The position numbers were made by a program, and so were the translations under genes. A DNA stretch of 64,000 bases from Blepharisma stoltei ATCC 30299 (Eukaryota; Protista; Ciliophora): the NCBI GenBank assembly GCA_965603825.1, contig CBFDEM010000017.1, positions 1 through 64,000 of the forward strand. The letters are read 5' to 3'. The notes under the pieces were generated by a model. That model had not been told where the DNA came from. It did not search any database and saw only the letters and a list, made by a program, of their open reading frames with translations. Shown piece by piece: positions 1 to 13,643 of the stretch. How positions within the stretch are numbered: position 1 is the stretch's first letter; every line of letters starts with the position of its first letter.

Positions 1-2250
1 CCCTAACACCCTAACACCCTAACACCCTAACACCCTAACACCCTAACACCCTAACACCCTAACACCCTAACCAACCCTAACACCCTAACACCCCCTAACA
101 CCCTAACACCCTAACACCCTAAACACCCTAAACCCACCCCTAACACCCAACCCCAACCACCCTAACACCCTAAACACCCTAACACCCTAACACCCTAACA
201 CCCTAACACCCTAACACCCTAACACCCTCTAACCACACCCTAACACCCTAACACCCTAACACCTAACACCCAAACACCCTAACACCCCTAACCACCCTAA
301 CACCCTCTAACACCCTAACACCCTAACAGCCCTAACAACCCTAACACCTAACACCTAACACCTAACACCCTAACACCCTAACACCCTAACACCCTAACAC
401 CCTAACACCCTAACACCCTACACCCTAACACCCTAACCACACCCTAACACCCTAACACCCTAACACCCTAACACCCAACACCCTAACACCCTAACACCCT
501 AACACCCTAACACCCTAACACCCTAACACACCCTAACACCCTAACACCCTAACACCCTAACACCCTAACACCCTAACGACCCTAACACGCCTAACACCCT
601 AACCCTAACACCCTAACACCCTAACACCCTAACACCCCTAACACCCTAACACCCTAACACCCTAACACCCTAACACCTAACACCCTAACACCCTAACACC
701 CTAACACCCTAACACCCTAACACCCTAACACCCTAACACCCTAACACCCTAACACCCCTAACACCCTAACACCCTAACACCCTAACACCCTAACACCCTA
801 ACACCCTAACACCCTAACACCCTAACACCCTAACACCCTAACACCCTAACACCCTAACACCCTAACACCCTAACCCTAACCCCTAACACCCTAACACCCT
901 AACACCCTAACACCCTAACACCCTAACACCCTAACACCCTAACACCCTAACACCCTAACACCCTAACACCCTAACACCCTAACACCCTAACAACCCTAAC
1001 ACCCTAACACCCTAACACCCTAACACCCTAACACCCTAACACCCTAACACCCTAACCACCCTAACACCCTAACACCCTAACACCCTAACACCCTAACACC
1101 CCTAACACCCTAACACCCTAACACCCTAACACCCTAACACCCTAACACCCTAACACCCTAACACCCTAACACCCTAACACCCTAACACCCTAAACACCCT
1201 AACACCCTAACACCCCTAACACCCTAACACCCTAACACCCTAACACCCTAACACCCTAACACCCTAACACCCCTAACACCCTAACACCCTAACACCCTAA
1301 CACCCTAACACCCTAACACCCTAACACCCTAACACCCTACACACCCTAACACCCTAACACCCTAACACCCTAACACCCTAACACCCTAACACCCTAACAC
1401 CCCTAACACCCTAACACCCCTAACACCCTAACACCCTAACACCCTAACACCCTAACACCCTAACACCCTAACACCCTAACACCCTAACACCCTAAACACC
1501 CTAACACCCTAACACCCTAACACCCTACACCTAACACCTAACACCCCTAACACCCTAACACCCTAACACCCTAACACCCTAACACCCTAACACCCTAACA
1601 CCCTAACACCCTAACACCCTAACACCCTAACACCCTAACACCCTAACACCCTAACACCCTAACACCCTAACACCCTAACACCCTAACACCCTAACACCCT
1701 AACACCCTAACACCCTAACACCCTAACACCCTAACACCCTAACACACCCTAACACCCTAACACCCTAACACCCTAACACCCTAACACCCTAACACCCTAA
1801 CACCCTAACACCCTAACACCCTAACACCCTAACACCCTAACACCCTAACACCCTAACACCCTAACACCCTAACACCCTAACACCCTAACACCCTAACACC
1901 CTAACACCCTAACACCCTAACACCCTAACACCCTAACACCCTAACACCCTAACACCCTAACACCCTAAACACCCTAACACCCTAACACCCTAACACCCTA
2001 ACACCCTAACACCCTAACACCCTAACACCCTAACACCCTAACACCCTAACACCCTAACACACCCTAACACCCTAACACCCTAACACCCTAACACCCCTAA
2101 CACCCTAACACCCTAACACCCTAACACCCTAACACCCTAACACCTAACACCCTAACACCCTAACACCCTAACACCCTAACACCCTAACAACCCTAACACC
2201 CTAACACCCTAACACCCTAACACCCTAACACCCTAACACCCTAACACCCT
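1..2250 (+). repeat. Telomere, (CCCTAACA)n C-rich strand, ~280 units
   Basis: Uninterrupted 8-mer tandem repeat from base 1 with scattered 1-2 nt indels. It ends at ...CCCT(A) and joins AT-rich unique DNA. CCCTAACA is the heterotrich (Stentor/Blepharisma) telomere unit. Confidence 0.99.
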
Positions 2251-3471
2251 ATATTTTTATGATTTAATGCTAAACTGAAATAAAAATCTAATCTAATCAT
2301 ATTAAATGTCTAATCAAATAAGCAAAGGCAATAAAAATTTAATTTCAAATTTCAAAATCTTGACTCTTCAATATACCCCGTTTCAACGTTTAGACCCAAG
2401 TAGAAATGTAAGATCTCTGATAGCTTTGCAAATTGTTTGAGTCAGCATAAACAACCAGGCTTTTTTATTATATGAAAATGATTAAAGTTTATTGAGTCAT
2501 TCAGTGGATTTGACAAAGTCAACTGCTACCGCGAAAGCGAGAAAAGTGATTTTTAATTTTTTGATTAAAAATAGTAGTAAATGGCATAAGAGTTATTTTA
2601 TGTAACACTATTGAATCTGTATTCATTTGAAGTGCGAGGGACATTCAGTTAGATTTTGCAGATAACAAGGAATTTTCTAGAATCTGCAGTCATAATTTAG
2701 TTTAAGCAATCATCTTCTGTGATTTAAAATTTTACTGTATTACTTCTGACATTCTTTCTAAAAATCAGCTAAGGATCATTAATTTATGAAATTTTTATCA
2801 TATCTTAGGCAGAAAGCAATTCATGCCCTTGTATGAGAATTCAAACACAGTGGCAAGACTGAGAGTGGACTGCAAAGATAATTTTTTTTGTTTTTTAGAA
2901 GGTTTTGATAATTAAATTAAGCAATTCCACAAAAAAATATTTTATAATCTTATTTTTCGAAATTATTTGTGAGGAGTATTTTAGCAAACCTAAAATCGAA
3001 AGTATTTAGCTTCAAAATGCTTAAAAGTCAGAAAAATTCATTCCTAGACCAAAAACCTAGAATTTGAATAAAAGACAATTTTTTTGTATAATTTATAAGG
3101 AAAAAATCAGGCTAATTTAAATTAGGCTAATTTCCAATAAAGCAAGTTTAAATTAAAAATTCGATAAAAATATCGCGTAAAGCCTTTGCGATAATTATCA
3201 AAGAAATATTTTCAATTTTAATTAAAAAACCCTTTTTATGCATTTTAATGATGTGGATGAAATTCCAGATTTAGAAATTTCTCGCCTTTCCACAGATTCT
3301 AATCGAGCATTAATATCAATGAGCATATAATTTTTATAGCTTAAACTCAAAAGTTAGCTTGATATTGTAACTTCCCCGACAATTTTTTTATTAAGAAATT
3401 GGAGCTCTATTCTCCAATATTAAAGCTTACATTCTTAAATTAAAGGCTCATTGGTTATTAATGGCATGCAT

Positions 3472-3868
3472 TTATTGAAAAACCGAAGGAAGCACGGTAT
3501 TTTCTTGCGGATTCGTGATTAGTGGTACACTGATTCTCATGCAAGTGGGCTGGGTACTACTTCCTTTAAATTTTTCACCCAAGAAATCTGGGTATTTTAT
3601 TAAGATATCAGTTAGCTGAATTAACGCTTACTTTGATGTCATAAAAGTCTACCTTTTGCGTCTTCCCATGAATAGCTTTATGAATCCTCTTATGTGCTGA
3701 GAGTTGACTTCCTTGACGAAATCTAATTCCGCATCCTTTTTCTTTACACACATAAGGCTTTTCACCACTGTGGGTGAACATATGCTCTCTAAGATTTTGC
3801 TTAGACGAAAGGGCCTTACTGCAGTAGCTACACTGATATTTTTTGTTTTCTGAGTGTAAACTTTCCAT
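3472..3868 (-). CDS. C2H2 zinc-finger protein (2 fingers), 126 aa; 16-nt intron 3616-3631
   Basis: CSYC...HMFTH, linker SGEKPY, CKEKGC...HKRIH. Removing the intron GTAAGCGTTAATTCAG extends the frame to ...VLPSVFQ-TAA. Confidence 0.88.
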
Positions 3869-4442
3869 TGTCTCGTTAAATTAAATTTATTGGTATACAT
3901 GCCATACCAAAATGTACAAAATGAACAGTTGCATCCATTTAGTCAGAGGTATTATTTACATAAGGCGGACTTTCCCTAATATGGTATTATTAAAGGGCTT
4001 GAAGGAAAATTTTTTATACCAGAAAAGGATAAGAAAAACCTATAAATTGTTTCCAGTATGCAAAAAAATCTTTACAATGAATTTTATAAATGAAATTAAG
4101 AAGATTCTGGTGAATATTTTTTAATATAATAATATAGATGGCAGCCCAGCATAGCGAAATATAGATAGATTAATTTTAATTAAAATAGAAGAATTAATCT
4201 TTTTCGAAATTAGAAAAATATGATTATGAATTTCAGTAGAACAGTTAAATATGAGAATTATCGAATTAATTAATTTTTCAATTTTTTGAATAATATAAGA
4301 AAATCCTCTTCATCTCAAACTCTTCCCAAATAAAATTTCTATCCAATCTACACTTCCATCCTCAACTCTTGGCAGCCAAAAATCCCTTAAAAATGCTTAT
4401 TTTATGCCTATTACCCATAAATATCATTTTCAATAAAATTAC

Positions 4443-4958
4443 TTAAACTTCCATTCTAAACTTGATTATTCCCATATCATTAAGCCCATTCAATGAATAC
4501 GCAATTGTAGTGACAGCTCCAGCCCCAATTATTGCTCCCACAATCATCGGTCTAATCCCTAACGTAGACTTATAGAGCGCTCCAGTCAAAGTCCCAGCCG
4601 CTATATTCCTAGTCATTTGGCCAAAGTCCTGGATTTCTTCTTCGAACACCAGATCGACAAATTTCCCTGTCAAGCAAAACATCAAGCTGGCAGCTGCACT
4701 TGCATTTCCATACCGTGAAGCAGTCCTTGCTATAGTGCTCACAATACGATAACCCTTTAACTGTCTGTGCTTAGCTGAAGCTTGCTTTCCATAGTAAGCA
4801 CCGGCAAAAAGCCCTACAATGGCTGCTGCGAAATATGAGACACCGACAGTAAAAGTAATTTTTTCACCCCAGTTCTTGCCGTAGCCTTCTAGGTACAGAT
4901 CGTTTTTGCTGCCTTGTGGTCTTGGAGGACGCAGGGTGAATTTCTCTTCTGTGTTCAT
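4443..4958 (-). CDS. TIM23: Mitochondrial import translocase, Tim17/22/23 family (Tim23-like), 171 aa
   Basis: Gly/Ala-rich TM helices; WGEKITFTVGVSY, RYGNASAAASLMF and IAAGTLTGALYKST match the Tim23 pattern. Confidence 0.82.
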   Translation of the reverse strand: MNTEEKFTLRPPRPQGSKNDLYLEGYGKNWGEKITFTVGVSYFAAAIVGLFAGAYYGKQASAKHRQLKGYRIVSTIARTASRYGNASAAASLMFCLTGKFVDLVFEEEIQDFGQMTRNIAAGTLTGALYKSTLGIRPMIVGAIIGAGAVTTIAYSLNGLNDMGIIKFRMEV

Positions 4959-5029
4959 TTATTATTAAAATTATGAGGTCAGCATTTGAGGTTTCTTAAT
5001 AGGAAATTCAATGATTTTAATAAAAGTTT

Positions 5030-5503
5030 ATGAGTAAGGATAATGTAATTGGATTTTTGACTGAGCTGTACGAGCTATTGAAGACTGACCAATCTTTACA
5101 AATTCCTACAGAAGAAGTGTTTAATTATACAAATTATACAGTAAACAAGCAAGTTATTTTGGAGTGAAAAACCAAGGTCGATAATGCAATGGCAGATCTC
5201 GCACAAAGGTGGCTACAAGAAGAAGTCGATTTAGAAGCAAAAATCAAACAGTGGTCGAACACCTTTTATGAAGAGCCAGAATTTACGGAAGCCCTTGGAA
5301 AATTGTCAGAAATTGTGGAAATCTGGAAAAAAGTTCTAACAGATGCTCTTTATAAAGACCCAAGTGTATATACGATGCCAAAAGAAGACGGCCCAGAAGA
5401 AAAAGACTCTAAAATCTCTGAAACTGAAGAAGCTGAAGCCACTGAAGAAGAAGAAAAAGAAGAGAAAGAAGAAAGTGACGAAAAAGGGAACCCTGAAGAT
5501 TAA
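5030..5503 (+). CDS. Hypothetical protein with acidic tail, 157 aa (TGA=Trp at 5165)
   Basis: ATG 5030 is in frame with the 5189 ORF through one TGA; ends in TAA. Confidence 0.75.
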
Positions 5504-5530
5504 TTTTAATTTATCTGTTTACATTACCGG

Positions 5531-7039
5531 TTATACATGTGCCCATTCTCCAGCTGCATACTGTACTTTCTTTGTTATTGCTTGGTTTTTAAACTTCAAA
5601 TATTCAGAATTTTCTTTCTTTTTCTTTTCTTCTTCTGATTTTTGCTTCGTTTTTTCTGCAATTTTTCTTATTTCTTCTAGCCTTAAAAGCTCATTTATTC
5701 TTCGACTTTCTTCGTATTTTTTGCTTGCTTCTAATTTTTTCATTTTAATCATGTCTTTTATGCTTTTTTCTCGTAAAATTTCTCTTCTTTTGCTGGCTTC
5801 TTTTTCTAGCTGAAGTTTTTCTTCTAGGGCTTGTTTTTTAATAGATTCAAGCCTTTCGATTTCTTTTCTAACTTGTATCCTATCATTATCCTCTATTTCT
5901 GCTGAATCTTCAATTTCACATGTATTTTCTTCCCCAATTTCATTAGATATTAAATGGGCTTTTAGCCTGAATTCTTTATTTTTTTCGTCTGGGGAATTTT
6001 CGTGAGAGTTATAGGACTGTGAAAATCCTGTAGAAGCCTCTGAAAGCGGTTTAAGCGAGGAGGAGCGGTCATAGGTTTGCCTTAGTAGAGGGGAGGCATC
6101 GGAATTTTGGCAGATTGAGGGGAGCTTTTTGAAGCTTGAGGACGGGCTTAAGCTTGGCTCGATGGTTTCGGAATATTTTCGTTGATAATCACGAGATATA
6201 GGGGTATAAAATCCTTTTCTGAGAGAATCTTCGTTGTAGGTTCTTGCTTTGGCTGGAGATCCGGGGACTGAAATTAATGGGCTTGATATGTTGCTATTTA
6301 CTGGGGACAAAGTTAATATTTTGGATTTTAATTTTTCGTTTTCTCTGCGGATTTTTTTAATTTTTTGCTGTGTAATTTCAAAAGCTTTTTCTTTTAATTT
6401 CCTATTTTGTTCTTGTAAATCCATTATTTTTTGCTGCACTTCATCAATACTTTCTTTTCGCTTTTTTTCTTCTAAAGCGCTCTTTAAATCTTCGATTTCA
6501 TTTTGAAGATTTTTTAACGCATGCATATTGGGAAAAGTGCTTTCTTTATTTTTCATATTATTTTTGCTTTCTAAATGAAAATTTCTTGCATCAGCAGTTT
6601 CAACCACAATTTCATCACATTGCGAGCTTAAAGAATTGCTTTCTTCTTGCGATTTTTTTTCTTCAGAAGCACTTGTGCTATAAAAATTTTGGCATCCTGC
6701 TATATTAGAAGAGTCCTGCTTTAAGTTTTGGCTGCTTCGGAGCTCTAAGGTCAATTTTCTTATTTCTTCTCGTATAGCCTGATTTTCTGATTTAAAAATC
6801 TCAATAAAATGCTCTGGAATTTTTGAGTTGGCTTCATTTGAGGACATTTCCTGAGGAATTGATTTTAAAGGTCCCTGATTTTTAATTGATTTTAAGCTTG
6901 GGGACATATTAGAAATTTCTTTTCTAGACGATGATCTTGACATTTTACGCTTGGTATTTTGGGCTTTTATCTTGAAAAACTCAGGACTGCCTATGGGTTT
7001 AGGCAAAACGTTTTTGTTGATCTCTAACACTTTTTGCAT
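5531..7039 (-). CDS. Coiled-coil, Ser-rich hypothetical protein, 502 aa
   Basis: Long ORF with an AAAATG start context and K/E-rich heptads. Confidence 0.85.
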   Translation of the reverse strand: MQKVLEINKNVLPKPIGSPEFFKIKAQNTKRKMSRSSSRKEISNMSPSLKSIKNQGPLKSIPQEMSSNEANSKIPEHFIEIFKSENQAIREEIRKLTLELRSSQNLKQDSSNIAGCQNFYSTSASEEKKSQEESNSLSSQCDEIVVETADARNFHLESKNNMKNKESTFPNMHALKNLQNEIEDLKSALEEKKRKESIDEVQQKIMDLQEQNRKLKEKAFEITQQKIKKIRRENEKLKSKILTLSPVNSNISSPLISVPGSPAKARTYNEDSLRKGFYTPISRDYQRKYSETIEPSLSPSSSFKKLPSICQNSDASPLLRQTYDRSSSLKPLSEASTGFSQSYNSHENSPDEKNKEFRLKAHLISNEIGEENTCEIEDSAEIEDNDRIQVRKEIERLESIKKQALEEKLQLEKEASKRREILREKSIKDMIKMKKLEASKKYEESRRINELLRLEEIRKIAEKTKQKSEEEKKKKENSEYLKFKNQAITKKVQYAAGEWAHV

Positions 7040-7931
7040 TTTATTTTAATGTCATAAATCATCTGATAGAGGGGAAATTATGAAAATTTATTTCACTTTA
7101 TCATGATTGTGCTACTCTGCATATCTAAATTTTTAAATTATTAATATTTTTGTCAATAAATATAATATTCGGTTTGGAACTGTAGAGGCGCTCAAGCAAA
7201 GAATGGTTTAAGCTTAAAAATATCTGATCTAGCTTTGCTTACTGTTTTTCTCCAAATAGTAAGTTAGTGTTTCCAGAATTCTTGGCAATATCAAAAATCA
7301 AATATTATAAAAATATGAACGAATTTCTATAGAGTTTTTCTAAGTTGTTATCTTTAAGAAGTTCAAAAGTAATCGAGTGTTTTTAGATACTTCAAAATTT
7401 GCTGCAAATACATATAAAATATTAAATTATTCTGCTTATCTTTATTGAATTTTTGCTTAATATTTTGAAGTGATAAAACAAATTCTAATCCAGCTGGGGT
7501 ATATATTTATTGGAAAGAATTTCAAGAATATGAAATTATTATAGCGGCAAGAGTTCTGCAATACACTATTTTTTGAAATATTTCCTTTTCTTTGAACAAT
7601 AATTAGAGTAATTAAGATGGCTTAGAAATTGTAATTTTATTAGATTTATATTTCATAATTAAAAGAAAAAATTCAGAAATTTCGATTTCATAAATAAAAT
7701 AATTCCATTTCCAGACTAACTATATAAATATAAGCTAGATCTTTAATAAACCAAAAATATCTATTTTAAAATATATCTGCGTTACATTCTTTTATCTAAT
7801 CCTCAAATATCACTAATTTTCTATTTTTATATCAGATTGATTCATCTAAAACAATTTATTTTATTTTAGTTATCAAGATTAACTATTATATTGAAAATAA
7901 TTTTATTTAATTTTAGAAACCGTCTAATAAA

Positions 7932-10900
7932 ATGAAGGAAGACAATAACAATCAAAAGCCGCTGATCGACCTAATACCAGGAGGGTATACTACTAGTGGC
8001 CTTCAGTTTGGAACTAATAAACTGCTAAAAGTAGCTGTTCTTGACGGCAGCAACACAGAACGAAGCGAAAATCCTGACTCCAATTCAGACTTATATAAGT
8101 TTTTAAGCTCTATAGAGCTAAACCATCTAACTGTTGCAAGAAAAATCGGCCTAAATCCTGATTTCTTTAAATCTCATCCTGATTTATTAAATTCAGGAGA
8201 GCCAGTTCGCATTGCGATAGAAAAAGGTCATATCGAATTTGCAAATGAATTACTAGGTGCTGGCTATACTTGCTGGCCTGGAATTTTAATCAGAGCTATA
8301 AGAGAAAACAACGATAAAGCAATAAAACACATTTTACAAGGCAAATTTTATGATGAATCCTGAAATGAGCTAAACATATGATACCTCCTTTACAGAGGCT
8401 TCATAACCCATGCTGAAACACTTTACTACCAAACCCCTCTGAAAAGTGCATATTCAATCGATAATGATATCAAAATCTTGCTGAAAGACCAAAGACTCCT
8501 CAGATTTGGCATAAAAACCGCTTTAACTGAAGGAATTGATGACATAGCCTCCTCAATGCTGACCCAAAACCCAAATGCTCTCACCCCTGATATGATCGAG
8601 CTAGCCCTCGACAAGCACAATTTAGATTTTTTAAGAAAAATTTGGACTGGCGACATCAGGGTCCAAAAAAATGGCCTACCCAAAAAAAGGCTTAAATCCA
8701 GCGATTTATGAAAAGTTTTAGACGCAGCCTCACAAGAAGATAAAGAGACCCTTGCAGAAAAATTAGAAGTTTCCTTTATTATCAGCTATTTATTAGAAAG
8801 AAAGCTTATTGCTGAGGTCAAAAAAGTTATGACTTGGCCTGGGGCCGCTGATGAGCCTGGAGTACTTGAAGTTTTTATCCAGCATGAAGAGCAAGAGCTT
8901 GCCAAAGAAATTTTGGAAAAAAGAGAAAGCCAAATCACTATAGAAGAATTTGAATTTTGTTTAGACAAGCAGCAGCTTTGGCTTGCTATTGAGATGCTTA
9001 AATGAAAAGCAGCTTTATCGTCTTTAAAAAACTATAAAATTCAGAAAAAAATACTGAAATGGCTGGCTGATGGGCGGTATTGTTACTGTGCTATGGAAAT
9101 GCTGTCTCATATCCCTGCAGACTGCTGGCGTTTTGAGCTGACCAGGAAGCTTACAATGACTGTCAACACTTTTATCAAAAAAACTGACGAAATCGTCAAA
9201 TGCCACCGCCCGCTGCTATTTTTAGTCCTTTTAGCAGAATTTTTGATAAAAATCGCCCCAAAAAATATTTATTATACCCACGTCTGTACAAAAACCTCCA
9301 ATTTATTACTTACTTTGGCTAAACAAATAGAGGATAATATTTTTGAAGAAGAAGAGCTGAGGTATAGGATGTGCCAATTAGACTCCCATGGGAGAATGCT
9401 TATTGTGATTATTGCAGAAAACCGGTTTTATTCCTTATTAGAAAATAATGACATAGGCAGCATTATTTCTAAGCTTTGGGTAGGGTCTAGAAAACACCAA
9501 GGACTGCTTAAAGCTTCTACCCTTTATAGATCATATAACGCCCCTGCGTCTACAGAAGAAAGAATAGCGCTATTTGGCACAATGGACCGAAATAAGTCTT
9601 ATTTATTCCAATATTCCCAACTTATTGACAGCTGCAGCCTTAGATTTCTAGGCCAAGCGGCCTCGACTATTCTTTTAGTCATTTTTTATACAGCTATGAT
9701 CCATTCTGCGACGCTTGAAGGAGAAATGGATGATGTGACTGAAGACTACACCGCAATGGTCTTTTTGCGGCTTTCTCAAGTCTGAATCATTGGCATTATT
9801 ATAGAAAGGCTTCTGCATTTTCTATACGGAATCAAAACCAATCGTGGCATTTTGTGGGATTATTGGGTTTTATTAGATTTTTTAGTATTTCTTCAAATGA
9901 TTTTTATTATGACCTCAGTCAATAAAAAATACGTCGGGGAAGGAAAATTAATTTATTGGACGACCTCAGTGAAATTTAATTCTTATATGCACAGCATACA
10001 GCTATTTTTAATATGGCTCAGGCTATTAGGTATTGGGGATACCAGCAAAACTTATGGCCCGATGCTGAGAATTATTATGCTAATGATAAAAATTTTGCTG
10101 AGATTTGCATTTATTTTTGGGTGTTATTTTTTCTTGGGAGCGTCTGTGTTTACCTCATTATTTTCAAAGTATACAACAGGAGGGGAATTTTCGACGTTTG
10201 GGAATTCGTTTAAGAAAATGTATCTTTCAATGTATGCGCTTTATGATATGACTGTGTTTACGGAGTATCAGGCTTTTGGGGCTGTTGTTTATGAAATTTA
10301 TGTGATTATTTCATTTATGCTGCTGTATAATTTGGCGACAGCTTTTCTTTATAATATTTATTATAGTGAGATGGTGATGGCGGAAAGTGAACATAGGTGT
10401 GTGCTTATTTTGGAATATAATAAGTGAAGCTGGGATGATAGATATGGGCTAATGATATTGCTGCCCACACCGTTTTCGGCGATTTCGGCATGTCTTTCTC
10501 CGTTTTTATTGATTTCGAAAAAGCCAGGTTATTGAAATTCACTTTTTTCTAAGATATTTTATGTGATTTATGTAATACCTCAATTTATAGTTTTTGCTAT
10601 AATTACCCTTATTCTTGTTCCTTTTGTCTATATCGGAACTATCGAGCCATTTGCGCGACGCGGAAATAAGAAAAAACAAGTCCTCAACATCCTCGAAAAG
10701 CCTTCTCAAGACCACACAGATGAAAGCGAAAGCGATGACGACCCTGATTTTGACGAAAAAGTAGTCGTCTACAAAGGTTTTTCCTTCCGAAGAGCCTTAG
10801 TCTGGCTTATAATCGGTCCCATTATAGTCATACTGTCCTATCTCCGAGATCTTTTAGAATTCTGGACCCTAATCTACAAAGATTACCAAGACCTCGAAGA

Positions 10901-11498
10901 AGAAACCGAAATCAGTAAAGTCCAAGCCATTGTAAACGAAAAATTAATGAAGGATTTACATGTAATTTTATCAAAAATCCAGGTGTCCCACATCTCAGTT
11001 GACGAGTTTTTAAATGAATTTATAGAAGAAGACAATAAAACTTTAAATCCTGTCGTGCTAGAAAATACAGCAGCTATGACAGAAAGGCACAGGCTGCTGG
11101 GGGAGTACTTTAAGCAGCTGCCAAATTCTCAGAAAAAAGGAATTATTAGCGTTTCTTTAATAAAAGATTTGTTACCTCAACAGTCGTATTATTCGGCGAG
11201 CTATATAGATAGGGCAAGACATATTTCTGTATATACAATAGCCAAAGCTGCAAAAGAATTTAGGGTTGTAACTGGGACTATTAATATTAAAGGAGCATTA
11301 GTACCGAAACAGCTTATAACTGGGGAAACTCCTCAGATAAAAAGACTTGATGTTTCTACTAAAAAAGCCAAACTGAGGGTTGACTTGGTTATTAATGATT
11401 TTGAGGATATTTCGAGACTTATGAGTGAGCATACTAAGCATTTTGAACAAGAGTGGATTAATTCTCAGAGATCTTCAACGATGAGAGAAAGTAAATAA
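7932..11498 (+). CDS. TRP-like cation channel with ankyrin-like N-terminus, 1188 aa, no introns needed
   Basis: Five track ORFs share one frame and are joined by 7 TGA codons (8361, 8379, 8709, 9003, 9783, 10425, 10533). About 6 TM segments, S4-S5 WLRLL...YGPMLRII, pore FSTFGNSF, S6 LLYNLATAFL, and a TRP-box-like W...LLPTPF. Confidence 0.82.
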
Positions 11499-11684
11499 TG
11501 TTTTATTTTAAATAGAAAATATATATTTTTAATAAATGTTTGATAAGAAGTTTTCGATAATTAAAAGTTGATGCAGCAGAATTGGGATAATTTTTTCATA
11601 TATTTTATATGCTATAGTTGCTTTGATTTAGCTCAGTTGTTATTGTATTTAACTAACTTTTTATTTAAATATGCATTATATTAA

Positions 11685-11807
11685 TTAATGTTTAACATGT
11701 CCCCTTCTTCCTCAGGATGATATAGACATTGCTACGATCATCCTTTTAACTACAGCCCCAGGACTTCTGGGCAATCCCAGCACCGAAATGGCATCGATTT
11801 CACTCAT
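11685..11807 (-). other. Candidate 40-aa micro-ORF or gene relic (MSEIDAISVLGLPRSPGAVVKRMIVAMSISSWGRRGHVKH)
   Basis: GC-rich island in an AT-rich spacer, AAAAATG start context, TAA stop. Confidence 0.3.
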
Positions 11808-12061
11808 TTTTATATGCATTTTGGGTTTTTAAGATTAAGGATATCTTACTTTCCCAATATTCTGAGATTGTAAAAATATTTTTATTAATATTTATTAATA
11901 CCATAATTAAAATGCTTTACAATGAAAATCTAAAAAAGATTATAATGAAATAATATTTTACATCTTTTCTCATTTTTTCTTATTTGTTTAATATCAAAAT
12001 CTAGATAAAAAGTAATTAAATTTCGAGTGGAATGTAAATCACACATCATTATATTGCCTTA

Positions 12062-13195
12062 TTAATCTTTTGGGGTTAAAGATGGAGGTTTATTATTTTT
12101 GATCCATGGATGATTCAATGCATCTGCGGCTGTAATCCTTTTCTTATAATCGTATTCAAGCATTTTACTAAGCAAATCTTTGAGTTCATCTGAGGTAAAA
12201 GCTCAGTCATTCCCTTCAAAGACAATTTCTTTCTTATATTCGTTTTTTAGGTCCGCCACATTTTTCCCTTTATACGGAAGTTTTCCTTGGACAATAGTGT
12301 ATAAAATAACTCCTAAACTCCAAATATCACTGGCAAACAGACTATAATTTTTATTTAGGATTTCAGGACCCATATAGCATGTCTAAATAAAGCTTACTGC
12401 CTTATTAGCTTCCACTTTTTTTTTTATTTCTCAAGGATAAGTAAAGCCTAAGAGTTTAATAATGTTTCCTTCTTTGGTATTTATATTAATTTTCCCAAAA
12501 TTGATTCCCAAGTGAGGAATATCATTACCGTGGCAATGATTTAAACCGCTTAAAATGTCTCGCATTATTGTACTCGCTAGGGAGTATCCGATGCTTTCAT
12601 GATGTATTTTATCAGCAAGGCTAAGTCCAGGGAGATATTCATAAACCAAAAAAAAGTTGTCTCCTAATTCATAAATATCATAAAGTTTGACAATATTTGG
12701 GTGGTCCTAAATTAATTTTACAAGTCTTTGAAAGTTTTGAATTTCCTTAATAAAATTATCATATACTCCTTCAAATATATCTGACTTTTTAACTTCTTTA
12801 ATGATCTTTTTTACTCCAGTTCTTTTATCGTTGACTAAGGAAAAACTATCATTAAAATCAAGAAATTTTTTTTTGATAGTTGAGAAATGCTGTCTTAAAG
12901 GAGTTTTTGAAAATTTCTTAATGTACTGCTTAGTTGAGTCCTTAAAAGTATTTTGTGGGCTTGGATTTACTGCTTGAGCTTTTTCCTTTGTAAAGTTCTT
13001 AGGTTTTCTATCAACTGTTGATAAACCTCTTGAATATCTGCGTGGTGGAAGCTTTGTCGTAGTTTGGCTTCTCTTACTTATAGGAGTTGATTTTAATTCT
13101 GCTTTATCTTCGATTTCTGACCTTAAGAGTTCAGTAGTTGTAGATTCTAGATTTTTTTTGCTCGTTTCTGTCTCTTTTGAAGAACAACAGCCCAT
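12062..13195 (-). CDS. CDPK-like pseudokinase copy A, EF-hand-less, 367 aa; introns 12707-12721 and 12383-12397
   Basis: MGCC start; DHPNIVKLYD, HLGINFGK (for HRDLKPEN), GFT (for DFG), YMGPE, SDIWSLG, ALNHPW, then TPKD-TAA. Confidence 0.82.
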
Positions 13196-13643
13196 TTATT
13201 AATTTCAGAATTATCAAATAAAATTTAAATATTTTTTTTAAGGTTTTAAGCACTTTGAGTAGATAGGTATTATATTCTAATTAAAAAAAAATTTAATAAT
13301 TATTATCATTGTGCAATTTTTCACCAAATTTTTAACGTAACATTTTTAATATATTTGAATAATCAGGAATTTCTATTAATAATTTGATTTTTATCAAAAT
13401 CAAATTTTATTCCAACGCTCTATAATATCTATGTGATTTATGTTTTTAAGATTAAGGATCTCTTACAATCTTAATATTCCTGAAATATTTTGTAATAAAC
13501 CATCTATTAATATCATAATTAAAATGCATTATGATAAAAAATCAAAAACAATTAAATAAAATAATATTTTATATCTTTTATTTAATATCCAAATCTAGAT
13601 AAAAAGTAATTAAAATTTTAAGTTGGAGTTAAACTATGCATCA

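Noticed and set aside
2251-3470. Possible decayed coding sequence in the subtelomeric spacer; similar ankyrin-like hint (AIYKKHIKIMKLLL) near 30655-30700
   Set aside because: No sustained frame or convincing motif; cannot be assigned without a search.
3649-4124. Track ORFs 3649-3900 (-) and 3912-4124 (+)
   Set aside because: An alternate-frame shadow of the zinc-finger gene and an AT-rich promoter-region ORF without protein-like features.
4348-4368. ELRMEV-TAG on the minus strand echoing the TIM23 C-terminus (KFRMEV-TAA)
   Set aside because: The match is only ~15 nt and no plausible 15/16-nt intron links it to the gene; chance or a tiny duplication.
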